Positions 9,397 to 19,435 of a stretch of DNA of 64,000 nucleotides are shown one piece after another (position 1 is the first letter of the stretch; each line of letters starts with the position of its first letter). Position numbers and translations under genes: made by a program. Below the pieces are notes generated by a model. That model worked only from the letters and a program-made list of their open reading frames with translations. It made no database searches and was not told where the DNA came from. This DNA is from Anaerolineales bacterium (GTDB lineage Bacteria > Chloroflexota > Anaerolineae > Anaerolineales > E44-bin32): contig DATIPT010000167.1 in assembly GCA_035471625.1 (NCBI GenBank), positions 2,708 through 66,707 on the forward strand, given 5' to 3'.

Positions 9397-12006
9397 ATGG
9401 CCGACTCCATCAGCCCCGTCCGCAAGCAGTACCTCGAAATCAAGCGCCAGCATCCCGATGCGATCGTCTTCTTTCGCCTAGGAGACTTCTACGAGACCTT
9501 CGACCAAGACGCCGAAACGGCCGCCCGGGAACTCGAAATCGTCCTGACCTCTCGGAACGTCGCCAAGGGGGTCCGCGTGCCGATGGCGGGGATACCGCAC
9601 CACGCGGCCGAAAGCTACCTCGCCAAGCTCATCAGCCGCGGCTTCCACGTCGCCATCTGCGAGCAGGTGGGCGAGACACCCGTCGACGGCCTGTTTCCGC
9701 GCGAGGTCGTCCGAGTCGTCACTCCGGGAACCGTCCTTGAGCCCGGGCTGATTCCCGGCGTCCACAACAACTTCCTGGCGGCGGCGGTCTCCGGGCCGGA
9801 CGGCCAGGGATTCGCCTTCGTCGACATCACCACCGGCGAGTTCTTCGCCGCCCAGGCAACCGAGGCCGCCGCCCACGGATTCGTTCGACACGAACTGGCC
9901 CGGGTCTCCCCGAGCGAATTGTTGGTTCCCGAGGAGGCCTCCCTTGAAAGCGAATGGAGCGGGCATATCACCGTCCTGCCAGTGTGGAAGTTCGATCCCG
10001 CCCGGGCCGAAGAGAAGCTGAAGGAGCACTTCGGGGTCCGAACCTTGGACGGGTTCGGTCTCGGCGGTCTGACCCACGCGATCGGGGCGGCGGGCGCCAT
10101 CCTCGACTACCTGCAGGCAACCCAACCTGTGGCGCTGGCCCTGCTTTCGGGACTCTCAGCCTATGGTCCGAGCGATTTCATGGCGCTTGACTCGGCGACC
10201 CGCCGGAACCTCGAACTGAGCGAGACCCTGCGGACGGGTGAGGTCCAGGGTTCGCTGATGGGGGTCCTGGATGCGACCATGACCCCTATGGGTCGACGGA
10301 TGCTGCGTCAGTGGATGGGCAAGCCGCTGCTCGATCGGGATCGAATCGAGACTCGGTTGGACCAGGTGCAGAGTTTCTTCGACGACGGACTCTGGCGGGC
10401 GGAGGTCCGCCAGGCGATGAAGCGCCTCTCCGACCTCGAGCGGCTGACCAATCGCGTTGCCAGCGGGCTGGCGGGCCCACGTGATCTGGTGCACCTGCGG
10501 GATTCGCTGGAACAGATCGGCGGCGTTCGGAACCTGGTGGATGGCAAGGACCCTGCGCTGGATTCCGTGGTCAGCGAGATCGATCCGTGTCCTCCGGTCA
10601 GCGACCTGGTGCGCAAGGCGATTGTCGAGGTTCCCCCGGCGACGCTGGCGCAGCCGGGCGTGATCCGGCCCGGCTTCTCTCAAGAGCTCGACCAGATGGT
10701 CGACTCGACGCGCCAGGCGCGGGATTGGATCGCGGGCCTGGAAGCGACGGAGCGGGAGCGCACGGGGATCAAGAGCCTGAAGGTCGGCTACAACAAGGTC
10801 TTCGGATACTACATCGAGGTAACGCGGGCGCATGCCGACGAGGTGCCGGAGGAGTACATCCGCAAGCAGACTCTGGTCAACGCCGAGCGGTTCATCACCC
10901 CGGAGATGAAGGACGTCGAGTCGAAGGTCGTCGCCGCCGAGGAGCGGATCCGGGACCTCGAAAGCGAGATCTACCGCAGGGTTTGCAGCGACATCGGGGC
11001 CCATGCTCCGCAGATGCTCCGCACGGCGCGCGCCGTGGCTCGCCTGGACGCCGTGTCGGGCCTGGCAGAGGTCGCCGCCCTACGAGACTATGTCCGGCCG
11101 GAAATCACCGAGGGGGTGGAGATGGAGATTCGCGACGGCCGCCATCCCGTGGTGGAGGGTCGCGCCGGCGCCGAGCGGTTTGTCCCCAACGACGCCGTCT
11201 TCGAGGAGGGTGAGCGTATTCGGATCCTGACCGGTCCCAACATGGCCGGAAAGAGCACGTACTTGCGCCAGGTCGCCCTGATTGTCCTCCTGGCTCAGAT
11301 GGGCAGCTTCGTGCCGGCCCGCTCGGCGCGGATCGGCCTGGTCGATCGGATCTTCACGCGCATCGGCGCTCAGGACGAGATCTACGCCGGCCAGTCGACG
11401 TTCATGGTCGAAATGGTCGAGGCGGCCAACATCCTGCATAACGCGACCGGCAGAAGTCTGTTGATCCTCGACGAAATCGGACGCGGGACGAGCACGTACG
11501 ACGGTCTCTCGATCGCCTGGGCGATGGTCGAATTCATCCACAATCATCCCCGCCTGCGGTCGCGCACGCTGTTCGCCACGCACTACCATGAACTGACGCG
11601 TCTCGCCGAAGTCCTGCCGGGGGTTCGCAACTACAACGTCGCTGTGGCGGAAGAGGGAGGACGCGTCGTCTTCCTGCACCGGATCATCCCCGGTGGGGCC
11701 GACCGGTCCTACGGAGTCCATGTCGCCGAGCTGGCTGGCCTGCCGCGGCCCGTCATCCACCGGGCGGAAGAAATCCTGTCCGATCTCGAGACGGAGGCCC
11801 GCACGGCAACGCCGCACCGGAGCGAGATCTCGCAGCAGCTAGCACTCTTCCCACAAGAGGACCCGTTGAGGGCCGAGCTGGAAGGCCTCGATCTTGACGG
11901 CCTCTCCCCTCTGGACGCGCTCAACAAGCTGTTTGAGTGGAAGAGCCGATTTGCCGGGGACGACAAGCGCCCGGCGGATCGGCAGACCCCTGCAACGCCG
12001 GCCTAG
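9397..12006 (+). CDS. mutS: DNA mismatch repair protein MutS.
   Basis: SPVRKQYLEIKRQHPDAIVFFRLGDFYETF mismatch-binding N-terminus, Walker A GPNMAGKSTYLRQ, STFMVEM. Start set at ATG 9397 (MADSISP). Confidence 0.95.
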   Translation: MADSISPVRKQYLEIKRQHPDAIVFFRLGDFYETFDQDAETAARELEIVLTSRNVAKGVRVPMAGIPHHAAESYLAKLISRGFHVAICEQVGETPVDGLFPREVVRVVTPGTVLEPGLIPGVHNNFLAAAVSGPDGQGFAFVDITTGEFFAAQATEAAAHGFVRHELARVSPSELLVPEEASLESEWSGHITVLPVWKFDPARAEEKLKEHFGVRTLDGFGLGGLTHAIGAAGAILDYLQATQPVALALLSGLSAYGPSDFMALDSATRRNLELSETLRTGEVQGSLMGVLDATMTPMGRRMLRQWMGKPLLDRDRIETRLDQVQSFFDDGLWRAEVRQAMKRLSDLERLTNRVASGLAGPRDLVHLRDSLEQIGGVRNLVDGKDPALDSVVSEIDPCPPVSDLVRKAIVEVPPATLAQPGVIRPGFSQELDQMVDSTRQARDWIAGLEATERERTGIKSLKVGYNKVFGYYIEVTRAHADEVPEEYIRKQTLVNAERFITPEMKDVESKVVAAEERIRDLESEIYRRVCSDIGAHAPQMLRTARAVARLDAVSGLAEVAALRDYVRPEITEGVEMEIRDGRHPVVEGRAGAERFVPNDAVFEEGERIRILTGPNMAGKSTYLRQVALIVLLAQMGSFVPARSARIGLVDRIFTRIGAQDEIYAGQSTFMVEMVEAANILHNATGRSLLILDEIGRGTSTYDGLSIAWAMVEFIHNHPRLRSRTLFATHYHELTRLAEVLPGVRNYNVAVAEEGGRVVFLHRIIPGGADRSYGVHVAELAGLPRPVIHRAEEILSDLETEARTATPHRSEISQQLALFPQEDPLRAELEGLDLDGLSPLDALNKLFEWKSRFAGDDKRPADRQTPATPA

Positions 12007-13976
12007 TCCGCCAGGTCCGGATACTCCCGGGCGATCGGCTCGGCGCCGGCCAGGCCCATGGCGGCGAGAATCTCCAGGATCATCTCGGCCTTCACCTCGG
12101 CATCCCGCCGAGACCACGTCCGGCTCTTGACCTCGAGGAACAGGCCGGGCAGCGCGGGCTGGATCACCCGGTCGAGATTCACGAAGAACTCCACGTCTCG
12201 GAAGCGGACCAGCCACCGCCGCCGATCCTTCTCGACTTCGGTCTCCGATGTCGGGGCGAAGTACTCGCGGTAGAAGCGCAGGCTGTGGGTCGCCGGGGCG
12301 ATGAATCGTGAGCGGGAGAGCAGGACCGACTGATCGTACTCTCGCTCGGCGGCCGGGCCGGTCAGGGTCAGGCGGTAGCGCACCCGCCCGACACTCCCAT
12401 CGGCGTCCACGAACTCGTCCTCTCGGTAGCGCAACCGCCCCTGGGCCGGGTCTTCAAAGCCAAAGTAGGTATCGAACTCGTGGTAGTGGGCCCGGCGAAG
12501 CACTTCAAAAGGCGGTGCTTCGATCAGCTGGGGGACGGCGGTCTCGTCCCGTACCTGGACTTTGACCTGCACTTCGTAGGATTCCTCCTGCTGGGCCCCT
12601 TCGATGGCGACCAGTTTCGACAGGACCGAGCCTTCCCGGGCCTGCAGGAACGTGTCGATCCGCCGTGCGAAATCGTCCGCCGCCTCAAGCAGCGGCTCGA
12701 CATCGATCGTCAGCAGGGCGCGGTCGCGCATCAGCCAGCGACCGTTGACCATCACGTCCGTCACGTCGGTCGATTTCGCCGCATACACCAGGCGGGAGTA
12801 GACGCCGTCGACTTCGCGCTCGAAGTTCGGCCGGTTGTGGAGCGTATCGAGATCGACCAGGGCCAAGTCGGCGCGCTTGCCGACCTCGATCGACCCGATC
12901 AAGTGGCCCATGTGAACCGCTTTGGCGCCTTCGCGCGTGGCCATGGCGAAGACCTCTCGGGCCGGGAGCATCGTCGGGTCGCCGCTGGCCGTCTTGGCGA
13001 TGAAGCTCGCCAGCCGCATTTCCTCGAACATGTCCAGGTCGTTGTTGGACGACGGGCCGTCCGTGCCCAGTCCGACGTGCAGACCGGCGGCGTGCATCGC
13101 CGGGACGGGAGCGATCCCGGATGCCAGCTTGAGATTGCTGGAGGGATTGTGGGCCACGCCTGCGCCGGCGTGCTCGAGCGTCCGGATTTCGCCTTCATCC
13201 ACATGAACGCAGTGCGCCGCCAGAACCTTGGCCTCGAGCAGGCCGACTTTCTTGACCCACGGGATGACGGGCATCCCGTGCTCCTCCCTCCACTGTTCGA
13301 CTTCCAGGGCGGTCTCGGCCAGATGGATGTGCAGCGGGACGTCGAACTCGACTGCCAGGTCGGTGCACGACCGCAGGATTTCCGGCGTGCAGGTGTAGGG
13401 GGCATGCGGGGCGACCGCCGGCAGGACGAGGGGGTGGCCCCGCCATCGCCCGATGAACTCGCGGGCGGCGGCGAGCGAGTCTTCAAAGGAAGCGGCGTCG
13501 GGAGAAGGGAACTTCAGGACCGTCTGGGCACATAATCCCCGCATGCCGGCGTCGGCGGTGGCCTCGGCTACGGCGTCCTCGAAGTAGTACATGTCGGCGA
13601 AGCAGGTAATGCCGCCGCGGATCATCTCGGCGCAGGCGAGCAGCGTCCCCAGACGGGAGAACTCAGGGGTGACGAACTCGCGCTCGACCGGCATCATGTA
13701 CCCCAAGAGCCATACATCCAGCCTCAGGTCGTCGGCCAGGCCTCGCAGGAGGGTCATCGGGACGTGGGTGTGGGCATTGATCAGGCCTGGGATCAGGGTC
13801 TTGCCACCGGCATCCAAGGTCTGGCGGGCGACATACTCGCCGTGAACTTCCGATCCCGGGCCGACGGCGACGATGGTGTCGCCGTCAATCACGACCGAGC
13901 CCGCCTCCAGGATGCGGTTGCTGTGATCCATGGTTACGACCCGGGCGTTCTGGAGGATCCAGTCGACAGTTCGCAC
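12003..13976 (-). CDS. Fusion protein. N-terminal metal-dependent amidohydrolase (MTA/SAH deaminase MtaD-like, about aa 1-440) plus a C-terminal CYTH (CyaB/thiamine-triphosphatase-like) domain (about aa 455-645).
   Basis: N-terminal part: PGLINAHTHVPM metal-binding motif and the HxxE...D pattern. C-terminal part: YEVQVKVQV, FDTYF, RLRYRED, RLTLTGP, VEKDRRRW...FFVNLDRV...GLFLEVKSR match the order of CYTH beta-strand motifs. Confidence 0.8.
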   Translation of the reverse strand: MRTVDWILQNARVVTMDHSNRILEAGSVVIDGDTIVAVGPGSEVHGEYVARQTLDAGGKTLIPGLINAHTHVPMTLLRGLADDLRLDVWLLGYMMPVEREFVTPEFSRLGTLLACAEMIRGGITCFADMYYFEDAVAEATADAGMRGLCAQTVLKFPSPDAASFEDSLAAAREFIGRWRGHPLVLPAVAPHAPYTCTPEILRSCTDLAVEFDVPLHIHLAETALEVEQWREEHGMPVIPWVKKVGLLEAKVLAAHCVHVDEGEIRTLEHAGAGVAHNPSSNLKLASGIAPVPAMHAAGLHVGLGTDGPSSNNDLDMFEEMRLASFIAKTASGDPTMLPAREVFAMATREGAKAVHMGHLIGSIEVGKRADLALVDLDTLHNRPNFEREVDGVYSRLVYAAKSTDVTDVMVNGRWLMRDRALLTIDVEPLLEAADDFARRIDTFLQAREGSVLSKLVAIEGAQQEESYEVQVKVQVRDETAVPQLIEAPPFEVLRRAHYHEFDTYFGFEDPAQGRLRYREDEFVDADGSVGRVRYRLTLTGPAAEREYDQSVLLSRSRFIAPATHSLRFYREYFAPTSETEVEKDRRRWLVRFRDVEFFVNLDRVIQPALPGLFLEVKSRTWSRRDAEVKAEMILEILAAMGLAGAEPIAREYPDLAD

Positions 13977-14125
13977 AGACGGCTCCGTTCGAGGTTCGGG
14001 TGATTATAGTGCACCGCGTCGACCACGGGGCGCCACCGAGCAGCGACCTGCAAGAGGACTACAATGGCGAGCAGCCAGCGCCCCTCCATCGATGGGATCC
14101 GCGCTTGCCAAGAGGAGAAGAACCG

Positions 14126-15316
14126 ATGCGGGGACGGAATCGACCACGGGTGAGGATCTTGCGGATCCTGGGAGGGGTTGCGGCGGTCTTGATCGGATTG
14201 GCCGCCGCCGGATTTGGGTGGGCCTACCGATCAACCGGAACGTCCTTGGCGGCACGCGGGATCGTCTGGGGTGGCTCGCAGTACGATGACTGGAAGCGCT
14301 TCCCGAGTCGAGTCGTCGCCGGCGGGCAGGCGCCGGTCACTTTCCGGCTTGAAGAGAACGACTTCTTCGACGACTTGACCATCGAAGAGGTGCCACTCCA
14401 AGCCTATCTGGAACAGACCAACACCACAGCGTTCCTCGTCGTCCGCGACGATGCCCTGCTCTTTGAGGGCTACTTCAACGGTTCGGACCGCGCCGCCACT
14501 CAGCCCTCGTTCTCCATGTCCAAGTCGTTCGCCTCGACCCTGCTGGCGATCGCCGTCGACGAGGGGTTCGTGGGGGGGCTGGACGACCCGGTCACGTCCT
14601 ACCTTCCCGAGCTGCTGGAGCGCGATCCTCGCTTCAAGGCCATCACCCTGCGGCACTTGGTCCAGATGACGTCCGGGCTGCGGTTTGACCCCGATGTGAA
14701 CGAGCCCTTCAGTGACGACTTCGTCACGTCGCACGCGCCGGATCTGCGCCAGGCAGCCTTGAACGCGCCGATCGTCGAGCCGCCCGGTCAGCGGTTCCTC
14801 TACAACGACTACAACCCGATCCTGATCGGGATGGTGCTCGAACGCGCCACAGGGATGTCGGTCTCCGACTACCTCTCGACTCGGTTGTGGGATCCGATGG
14901 GGGCCGAGGCGGACGGGTCGTGGGACCTCGACAGTGAGCGCTCCGGCCTCGAGCGGATGTCGGTCGGACTCAATGGACGCGCTGTGGATCTCGCCAAACT
15001 GGGCTGGCTCTTCCTTCACGGCGGGCGGAACGGCGATCGCCAGGTCGTGCCCCAGGCCTGGGTTGAGGCCATCACCCAGAGAACGGACGCGGTCTACACC
15101 GGACGCGGCGAGCACGAAGACTACTATCTGCATTATTGGTGGCTGGATACCTCCAACGATGCCTACTTCGCGGAGGGGGGCTTCGGCCAGGCGATCTACG
15201 TCTATCCGGCCGCCGACCTGGTCCTGGTCCGCCTCGGGAAGGACACCGGGGGCGTCTACTGGACCGGCCTCCTGGGAGAGATCGCCACGTGGCTTGCCGG
15301 AAAGATGGACGCGTAG
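14126..15316 (+). CDS. Serine hydrolase of the beta-lactamase / PBP4-like family, membrane-anchored.
   Basis: S-x-x-K motif (FSMSKSF), YxN-like motif (LYNDYN), N-terminal TM helix. Start at ATG 14126 after AGGAGAAG. Confidence 0.8.
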   Translation: MRGRNRPRVRILRILGGVAAVLIGLAAAGFGWAYRSTGTSLAARGIVWGGSQYDDWKRFPSRVVAGGQAPVTFRLEENDFFDDLTIEEVPLQAYLEQTNTTAFLVVRDDALLFEGYFNGSDRAATQPSFSMSKSFASTLLAIAVDEGFVGGLDDPVTSYLPELLERDPRFKAITLRHLVQMTSGLRFDPDVNEPFSDDFVTSHAPDLRQAALNAPIVEPPGQRFLYNDYNPILIGMVLERATGMSVSDYLSTRLWDPMGAEADGSWDLDSERSGLERMSVGLNGRAVDLAKLGWLFLHGGRNGDRQVVPQAWVEAITQRTDAVYTGRGEHEDYYLHYWWLDTSNDAYFAEGGFGQAIYVYPAADLVLVRLGKDTGGVYWTGLLGEIATWLAGKMDA

Positions 15317-15453
15317 GCGCGCCTCGCCGAGACGCGCGCCGCGCGCCGGACCCCGGCACGAGCTCGAAACGGGTTCGCGTGCCGCGCCCAGGGCGGGCCG
15401 CCAGCGCACCCGATACCGCGAAAGCCCGGAAGGTCTAATCCCGACCAATCGTC

Positions 15454-16761
15454 ATGCGCGCCGTAGATATCATCGCCCGCAAGCGCGATGGAGCCGAACT
15501 CTCCCGCGAAGAGATCACCGCCTTTGTGGGAGGCTTCGCCCGCGGTGAGATCCCCGACTACCAGGCCTCCGCCTGGGCAATGGCCGTACTGCTCAGGGGC
15601 ATGACCGCCCGCGAAACACACGACCTAACGATGGCGATGGTCGACTCGGGAGAGCGGCTCGACCTCTCGGCAGTCGCGCCGGGTTCCGTCGACAAGCATT
15701 CGACCGGCGGCGTGGGGGACAAGACGACCCTCGTGGTCGAGCCGGCGGTGGCGGCCTGCGGGGTTCCGGTCGCCAAGATGTCGGGGCGCGGCCTCGGCTA
15801 CAGCGGGGGAACCCTCGACAAGCTCGAATCCATCCCCGGCATCCGAGTGGAACTGACCACAGAGGAGTTCCTGGCTCAATTGAGACGGGTCGGCTTGGTG
15901 CTGTGCAGTCAGACGGCGGATCTCGCGCCGGCCGACGGCAAGCTCTATGCCCTGCGCGACGTCACCGGAACCGTCCCCTCGCTGCCGCTGATCGCCTCCT
16001 CGGTCATGTCCAAGAAGATCGCCGCCGGGGCCCGCGGGATCGTCCTCGATGTCAAGGCGGGATCGGGAGCCTTCATGCAGACCGTCGAGGAAGCCGTCGC
16101 CCTGGCGCGGCGGATGGTCGATATCGGCCGACGAGCCGGTCGCTCCGTCGTGGCCTTGATCTCGGACATGAACCAGCCGCTGGGGACGGCCGTCGGGAAC
16201 GCCCTCGAGGTCCGCGAGGCGATCGAGACGCTGGCCGGAGGAGGCCCGCCCGACTTCCGTGAGCACTGCCTGACGGTAGGCGCGCACATGCTCGTCCTGG
16301 CGGGCAAGGTGGCGGATGTGCGCCACGGGAAGCGTGAGATCGCGGCCCGGCTGGCCGATGGGACCGCGCTGGGCAAGTTCCGCGAGCTGGTCGAGGCTCA
16401 GGGCGGGGACGTGCGGCCCGTCGACGAACCCGGTCGGCTTCCGCGGGCGCCCCTTGTCCGAGCGGTGAAAGCCGAACGCTCTGGGTTTCTGGCACAGGTC
16501 GATGCCCGCGTTGTGGGGGAGACCTCTGTCCGCCTGGGCGCCGGACGGGCGCGCAAAGAAGACCCGATCGACCCCGCCGTGGGAATCCTGGCATGGAGGA
16601 AGGTCGGTGATCGGGTCTCCCAGGGCGACCCCGTGTTTGAGATCCACGCCCGAGACGAGGCCAGTCTGGCCGAAGCGATCGCGATCCTGCCGGCGGCCCT
16701 GAAGATCACGCGCCGCGCCGTCGAGCCGCTGCCGCTGTTCTACCGGACGATCCGATCCTGA
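15454..16761 (+). CDS. pdp: Pyrimidine-nucleoside (thymidine) phosphorylase.
   Basis: [21 protein letters not shown]...[15 protein letters not shown] plus HSTGGVGDK phosphate-binding motif. Confidence 0.93.
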   Translation: MRAVDIIARKRDGAELSREEITAFVGGFARGEIPDYQASAWAMAVLLRGMTARETHDLTMAMVDSGERLDLSAVAPGSVDKHSTGGVGDKTTLVVEPAVAACGVPVAKMSGRGLGYSGGTLDKLESIPGIRVELTTEEFLAQLRRVGLVLCSQTADLAPADGKLYALRDVTGTVPSLPLIASSVMSKKIAAGARGIVLDVKAGSGAFMQTVEEAVALARRMVDIGRRAGRSVVALISDMNQPLGTAVGNALEVREAIETLAGGGPPDFREHCLTVGAHMLVLAGKVADVRHGKREIAARLADGTALGKFRELVEAQGGDVRPVDEPGRLPRAPLVRAVKAERSGFLAQVDARVVGETSVRLGAGRARKEDPIDPAVGILAWRKVGDRVSQGDPVFEIHARDEASLAEAIAILPAALKITRRAVEPLPLFYRTIRS

Positions 16762-16829
16762 CGTCGGCTCTCTCACGGCCGATTCTCACGCCCGTCTAAC
16801 ACTCCCCTGGCATTCTTGAATCTTCAATC

Positions 16830-17432
16830 ATGGGATCGATCCAACTTCGAGTTGTTCTGCACTCGCGGGACCCGCTTGCCCGAGCCGGACTTGCCGCGCT
16901 GTTGGGAAGTCTTGAAGGGGTCGTAGTCGTCGATCTGGTGGACGACCTGGCCGATGTCTCCGGAGGCGCGGACGTGGTCATCAGCGAGCTTCGGTGGGGT
17001 GAACCGTTGGAGATCCCGTCCTCCGGCATTCCTCGAGTGCTCGCTCTGGCCGAGGATCAGGTTCAAGCTCGGCAGGCCAGGTCTGCCGGGGCTACCGGTG
17101 TGCTCCGAAGGGATTCCGGCGAAGCCGAGATCGCCGCGGCGATCTCGGCCGTGGCCGTCGGCCTGCCGGTCTTCTCCGAAGATCTCGTTCCTACAGATTC
17201 CGATCCGATTGTGGATGTCGGTGGAGCCGGTCCGGAGGCGCTGACGGCGCGAGAAGCGGAGATCCTTGAGCTGGTTGCGACCGGCCTCGCCAACAAGGCC
17301 ATTGCCGCCCGCCTGGCGATCCGAGAATCCACCGTCAAGTTCCACGTCAACGCCATTCTGGCCAAGCTCGGCGCCCAGAGCAGGACCGAGGCTGTGGCGC
17401 GAGCCCTCCGATCCGGTTTGATCCGCTTCTAG
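16830..17432 (+). CDS. LuxR/NarL-family transcriptional regulator with a degenerate (pseudo-)receiver domain.
   Basis: C-terminal LTAREAEILELVATGLANKAIAARLAIRESTVKFHV HTH. In the receiver, DD, D, T and K appear replaced by SR (12-13), E53, A and R in my eye alignment to NarL-type receivers. Confidence 0.8.
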   Translation: MGSIQLRVVLHSRDPLARAGLAALLGSLEGVVVVDLVDDLADVSGGADVVISELRWGEPLEIPSSGIPRVLALAEDQVQARQARSAGATGVLRRDSGEAEIAAAISAVAVGLPVFSEDLVPTDSDPIVDVGGAGPEALTAREAEILELVATGLANKAIAARLAIRESTVKFHVNAILAKLGAQSRTEAVARALRSGLIRF

Positions 17433-17444
17433 ACCCCGCCCATC

Positions 17445-17458
17445 GATCGGGCCCGATC
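17445..17458. repeat. Perfect 14-nt palindrome GATCGGGCCCGATC between the LuxR gene and the protease genes.
   Basis: Read directly; the sequence equals its own reverse complement. Confidence 0.6.
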
Positions 17459-17551
17459 CCCAACTTTCGGTGGGGGCGGCACTCCCTCGGTTCCACTAGT
17501 CTTGAAACACGAGTGTGATCCTTCACGGGTCCGCATCAGGAGGAGAGGCGA

Positions 17552-18469
17552 ATGGATTCTCTGGTCATGCTTTCCGATTCGCTTGCGGCCGCAGCTGCCG
17601 CGGCGGCCGAGGGGACGGTACGGGTCGAGGCACGGCGACGGATCCCTTCAACGGGGATCCTTTGGGGGAGGGATGGTTTGGTGGTTGCGGCGAACCACAC
17701 GATCCATCCAAGAGCGGAGATTCGGGTTGGTCTTCCAGAAGGGGAGACGGTGGACGCCGCTCTTGTCGGCCGTGATCCGACGACCGACGTGGCGGTCCTC
17801 CGATTGACGAAGACAGGTGGGAAGACCCTGCCCGTTGCCGACCACGACAGGATTCAGGTCGGAAACCTGGTCCTGGCCGTTGGACGCCCTGGAGGCTCCC
17901 ATCAGGCGACGCTGGGGATTGTCAGCGCGTTGGACGGGGCTTGGCGAACGCCGCTTGGGGGGAGCCTCGAAAGGTTCCTCCAGACCGACGTCGTGATGGC
18001 GCCCGGGTTCTCAGGCGGGCCGTTGGTGGACGCGCGCGGCGCGCTGTTGGGGATGAACACATCCGGGCTGTTGCGCGGTCTGGCGATCGCGGTTCCGGCT
18101 CCGGCATTGATGCGCATCGTCGACGGACTGGCAACGTACGGGCGGATCCGGACCGGGTATCTGGGAGTCGGGATTCAACCGGCGCGACTATCGCCTTCGG
18201 CTCGCGAAGCCGCAGGGCAGGAGCGCGGACTCCTGGTCGCTTCCGTCGAGCCGGGAGGCCCGGCCGAGCTCGGAGGGATGCTGTTGGGCGACGTGATCCT
18301 GGCGGTTGATGGCGAGCCAGTCGAAAGCATGGAGGACTTGCTTGCCGTGCTGAGCGGTGACGTTGTCGGCAAGGATGTCCAGGTCCGGCTTATGCGAGGA
18401 GGCAACCGGAAGGACCTGAACCTCAGGGTCGGGGAAAGGCCCGCTCCGGTCGAAGAGGAGGAGGGATGA
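17552..18469 (+). CDS. HtrA/DegP-family trypsin-like serine protease with one PDZ domain.
   Basis: Triad contexts VAANHT, DVAVLRL, GFSGGPLV. PDZ-like GYLGVGIQ...VEPGGPAELGG.LLGDVILAVDG. GGAGGAG SD upstream. Confidence 0.88.
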   Translation: MDSLVMLSDSLAAAAAAAAEGTVRVEARRRIPSTGILWGRDGLVVAANHTIHPRAEIRVGLPEGETVDAALVGRDPTTDVAVLRLTKTGGKTLPVADHDRIQVGNLVLAVGRPGGSHQATLGIVSALDGAWRTPLGGSLERFLQTDVVMAPGFSGGPLVDARGALLGMNTSGLLRGLAIAVPAPALMRIVDGLATYGRIRTGYLGVGIQPARLSPSAREAAGQERGLLVASVEPGGPAELGGMLLGDVILAVDGEPVESMEDLLAVLSGDVVGKDVQVRLMRGGNRKDLNLRVGERPAPVEEEEG

Positions 18470-19098
18470 GCGACTGGCTCGACACCCTGGCGGAGAGCAG
18501 TGCCGAAGCCGTCGCGGCGGCGCGGCGGGCCTTGGTCTCGATCGAAACGGCCGGCCGCCCAGCCGGATCCGGGATCCTTTGGGCGCCGGGGATCGTCGTC
18601 ACGAACGCCCACGTGGTCAGCCGGAAACGCCTGGAGATCCGTCTGCCTGACGATCGAGAGATCCAGGCGAGGCGGGTCGCCTGGGACCCCGGCCGTGATC
18701 TGGCCGTCCTCGCGTTCGAGGGAGCCTCTCCGGAGCCGGCCCGGATCGGGGATTCGAGCGCGCTCCGTCCCGGAGAATGGGTGTATGCCCTCGGCAATCC
18801 CTGGGGCGTACGCGGCGGCGCCACCGCCGGGGTGGTGATCTCGCTGGAGGAACCTACCCCTGGCGGGAAGCGGACTTCCACCGGATGGCTTGCCCTCGCG
18901 CTTCACCTCCGGCCGGGTCACTCCGGCGGGCCGGTGGTGAACGCTCGCGGTGATGTCGTCGGGGTCAATCGAATGATGAACGGTCCGGAGGTGGGACTGG
19001 CGATCCCTTCGAACGCGGTCGAAGGATTCCTGAGGGAGACTGGTATCGCCAAGATCGGCCCTGCCGTCCGAAGGGCCGGCATAGCGGAGCTCGCTTGA
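18466..19098 (+). CDS. Trypsin-like serine protease (S1C-like) without a PDZ domain.
   Basis: VTNAHVV, DLAVLAF, GHSGGPVVN triad contexts. ATGA overlap with the upstream protease gene. Confidence 0.82.
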   Translation: MSDWLDTLAESSAEAVAAARRALVSIETAGRPAGSGILWAPGIVVTNAHVVSRKRLEIRLPDDREIQARRVAWDPGRDLAVLAFEGASPEPARIGDSSALRPGEWVYALGNPWGVRGGATAGVVISLEEPTPGGKRTSTGWLALALHLRPGHSGGPVVNARGDVVGVNRMMNGPEVGLAIPSNAVEGFLRETGIAKIGPAVRRAGIAELA

Positions 19099-19100
19099 AG

Positions 19101-19435
19101 ATGGATTCGCGCCTTGCTCGATTACGGTCGGAGGTCTTGGCTTGGCCCGGCGTGAAGGCGCAGGCGCATCGCTTTGGGGGCGTGGAGTTCCGATGGGCCG
19201 GCGCGAAATCAACCATGTGCATGGCGAATCGCTGGTCGATGTCCCGTTGCCTCGCGGGTTCAGAGATGCGTTCATTGCTCTAGCTGTCCCGAAGCATCGT
19301 GCGAGCTGGCCCGAGAGCAGCAAGAGAGACGAGGAGGGTAGGGCGGTTGCACCACTGGGCTTGGGATCCGGCCTGGTGACTCGTGAGGATCGCAAGGGGG
19401 TGGACACTTCCCGCTGCCTCAGGTCCGGGAACTCT
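19101..19435 (+). pseudogene. Frameshifted remnant of a small conserved protein. From memory it resembles DUF5519 / luciferase-like small proteins.
   Basis: Frame 1 gives MDSRLARLRSEVLAWPGVKAQAHRFGGVEFRW. From about 19191 the continuation GRREINHVHGESLVDVPLPRGFRDAFIA is in another frame, and one missing nt in TTC-CG-ATG-GGC restores EFRMGRREI. The 3' end is undefined. Confidence 0.35.
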
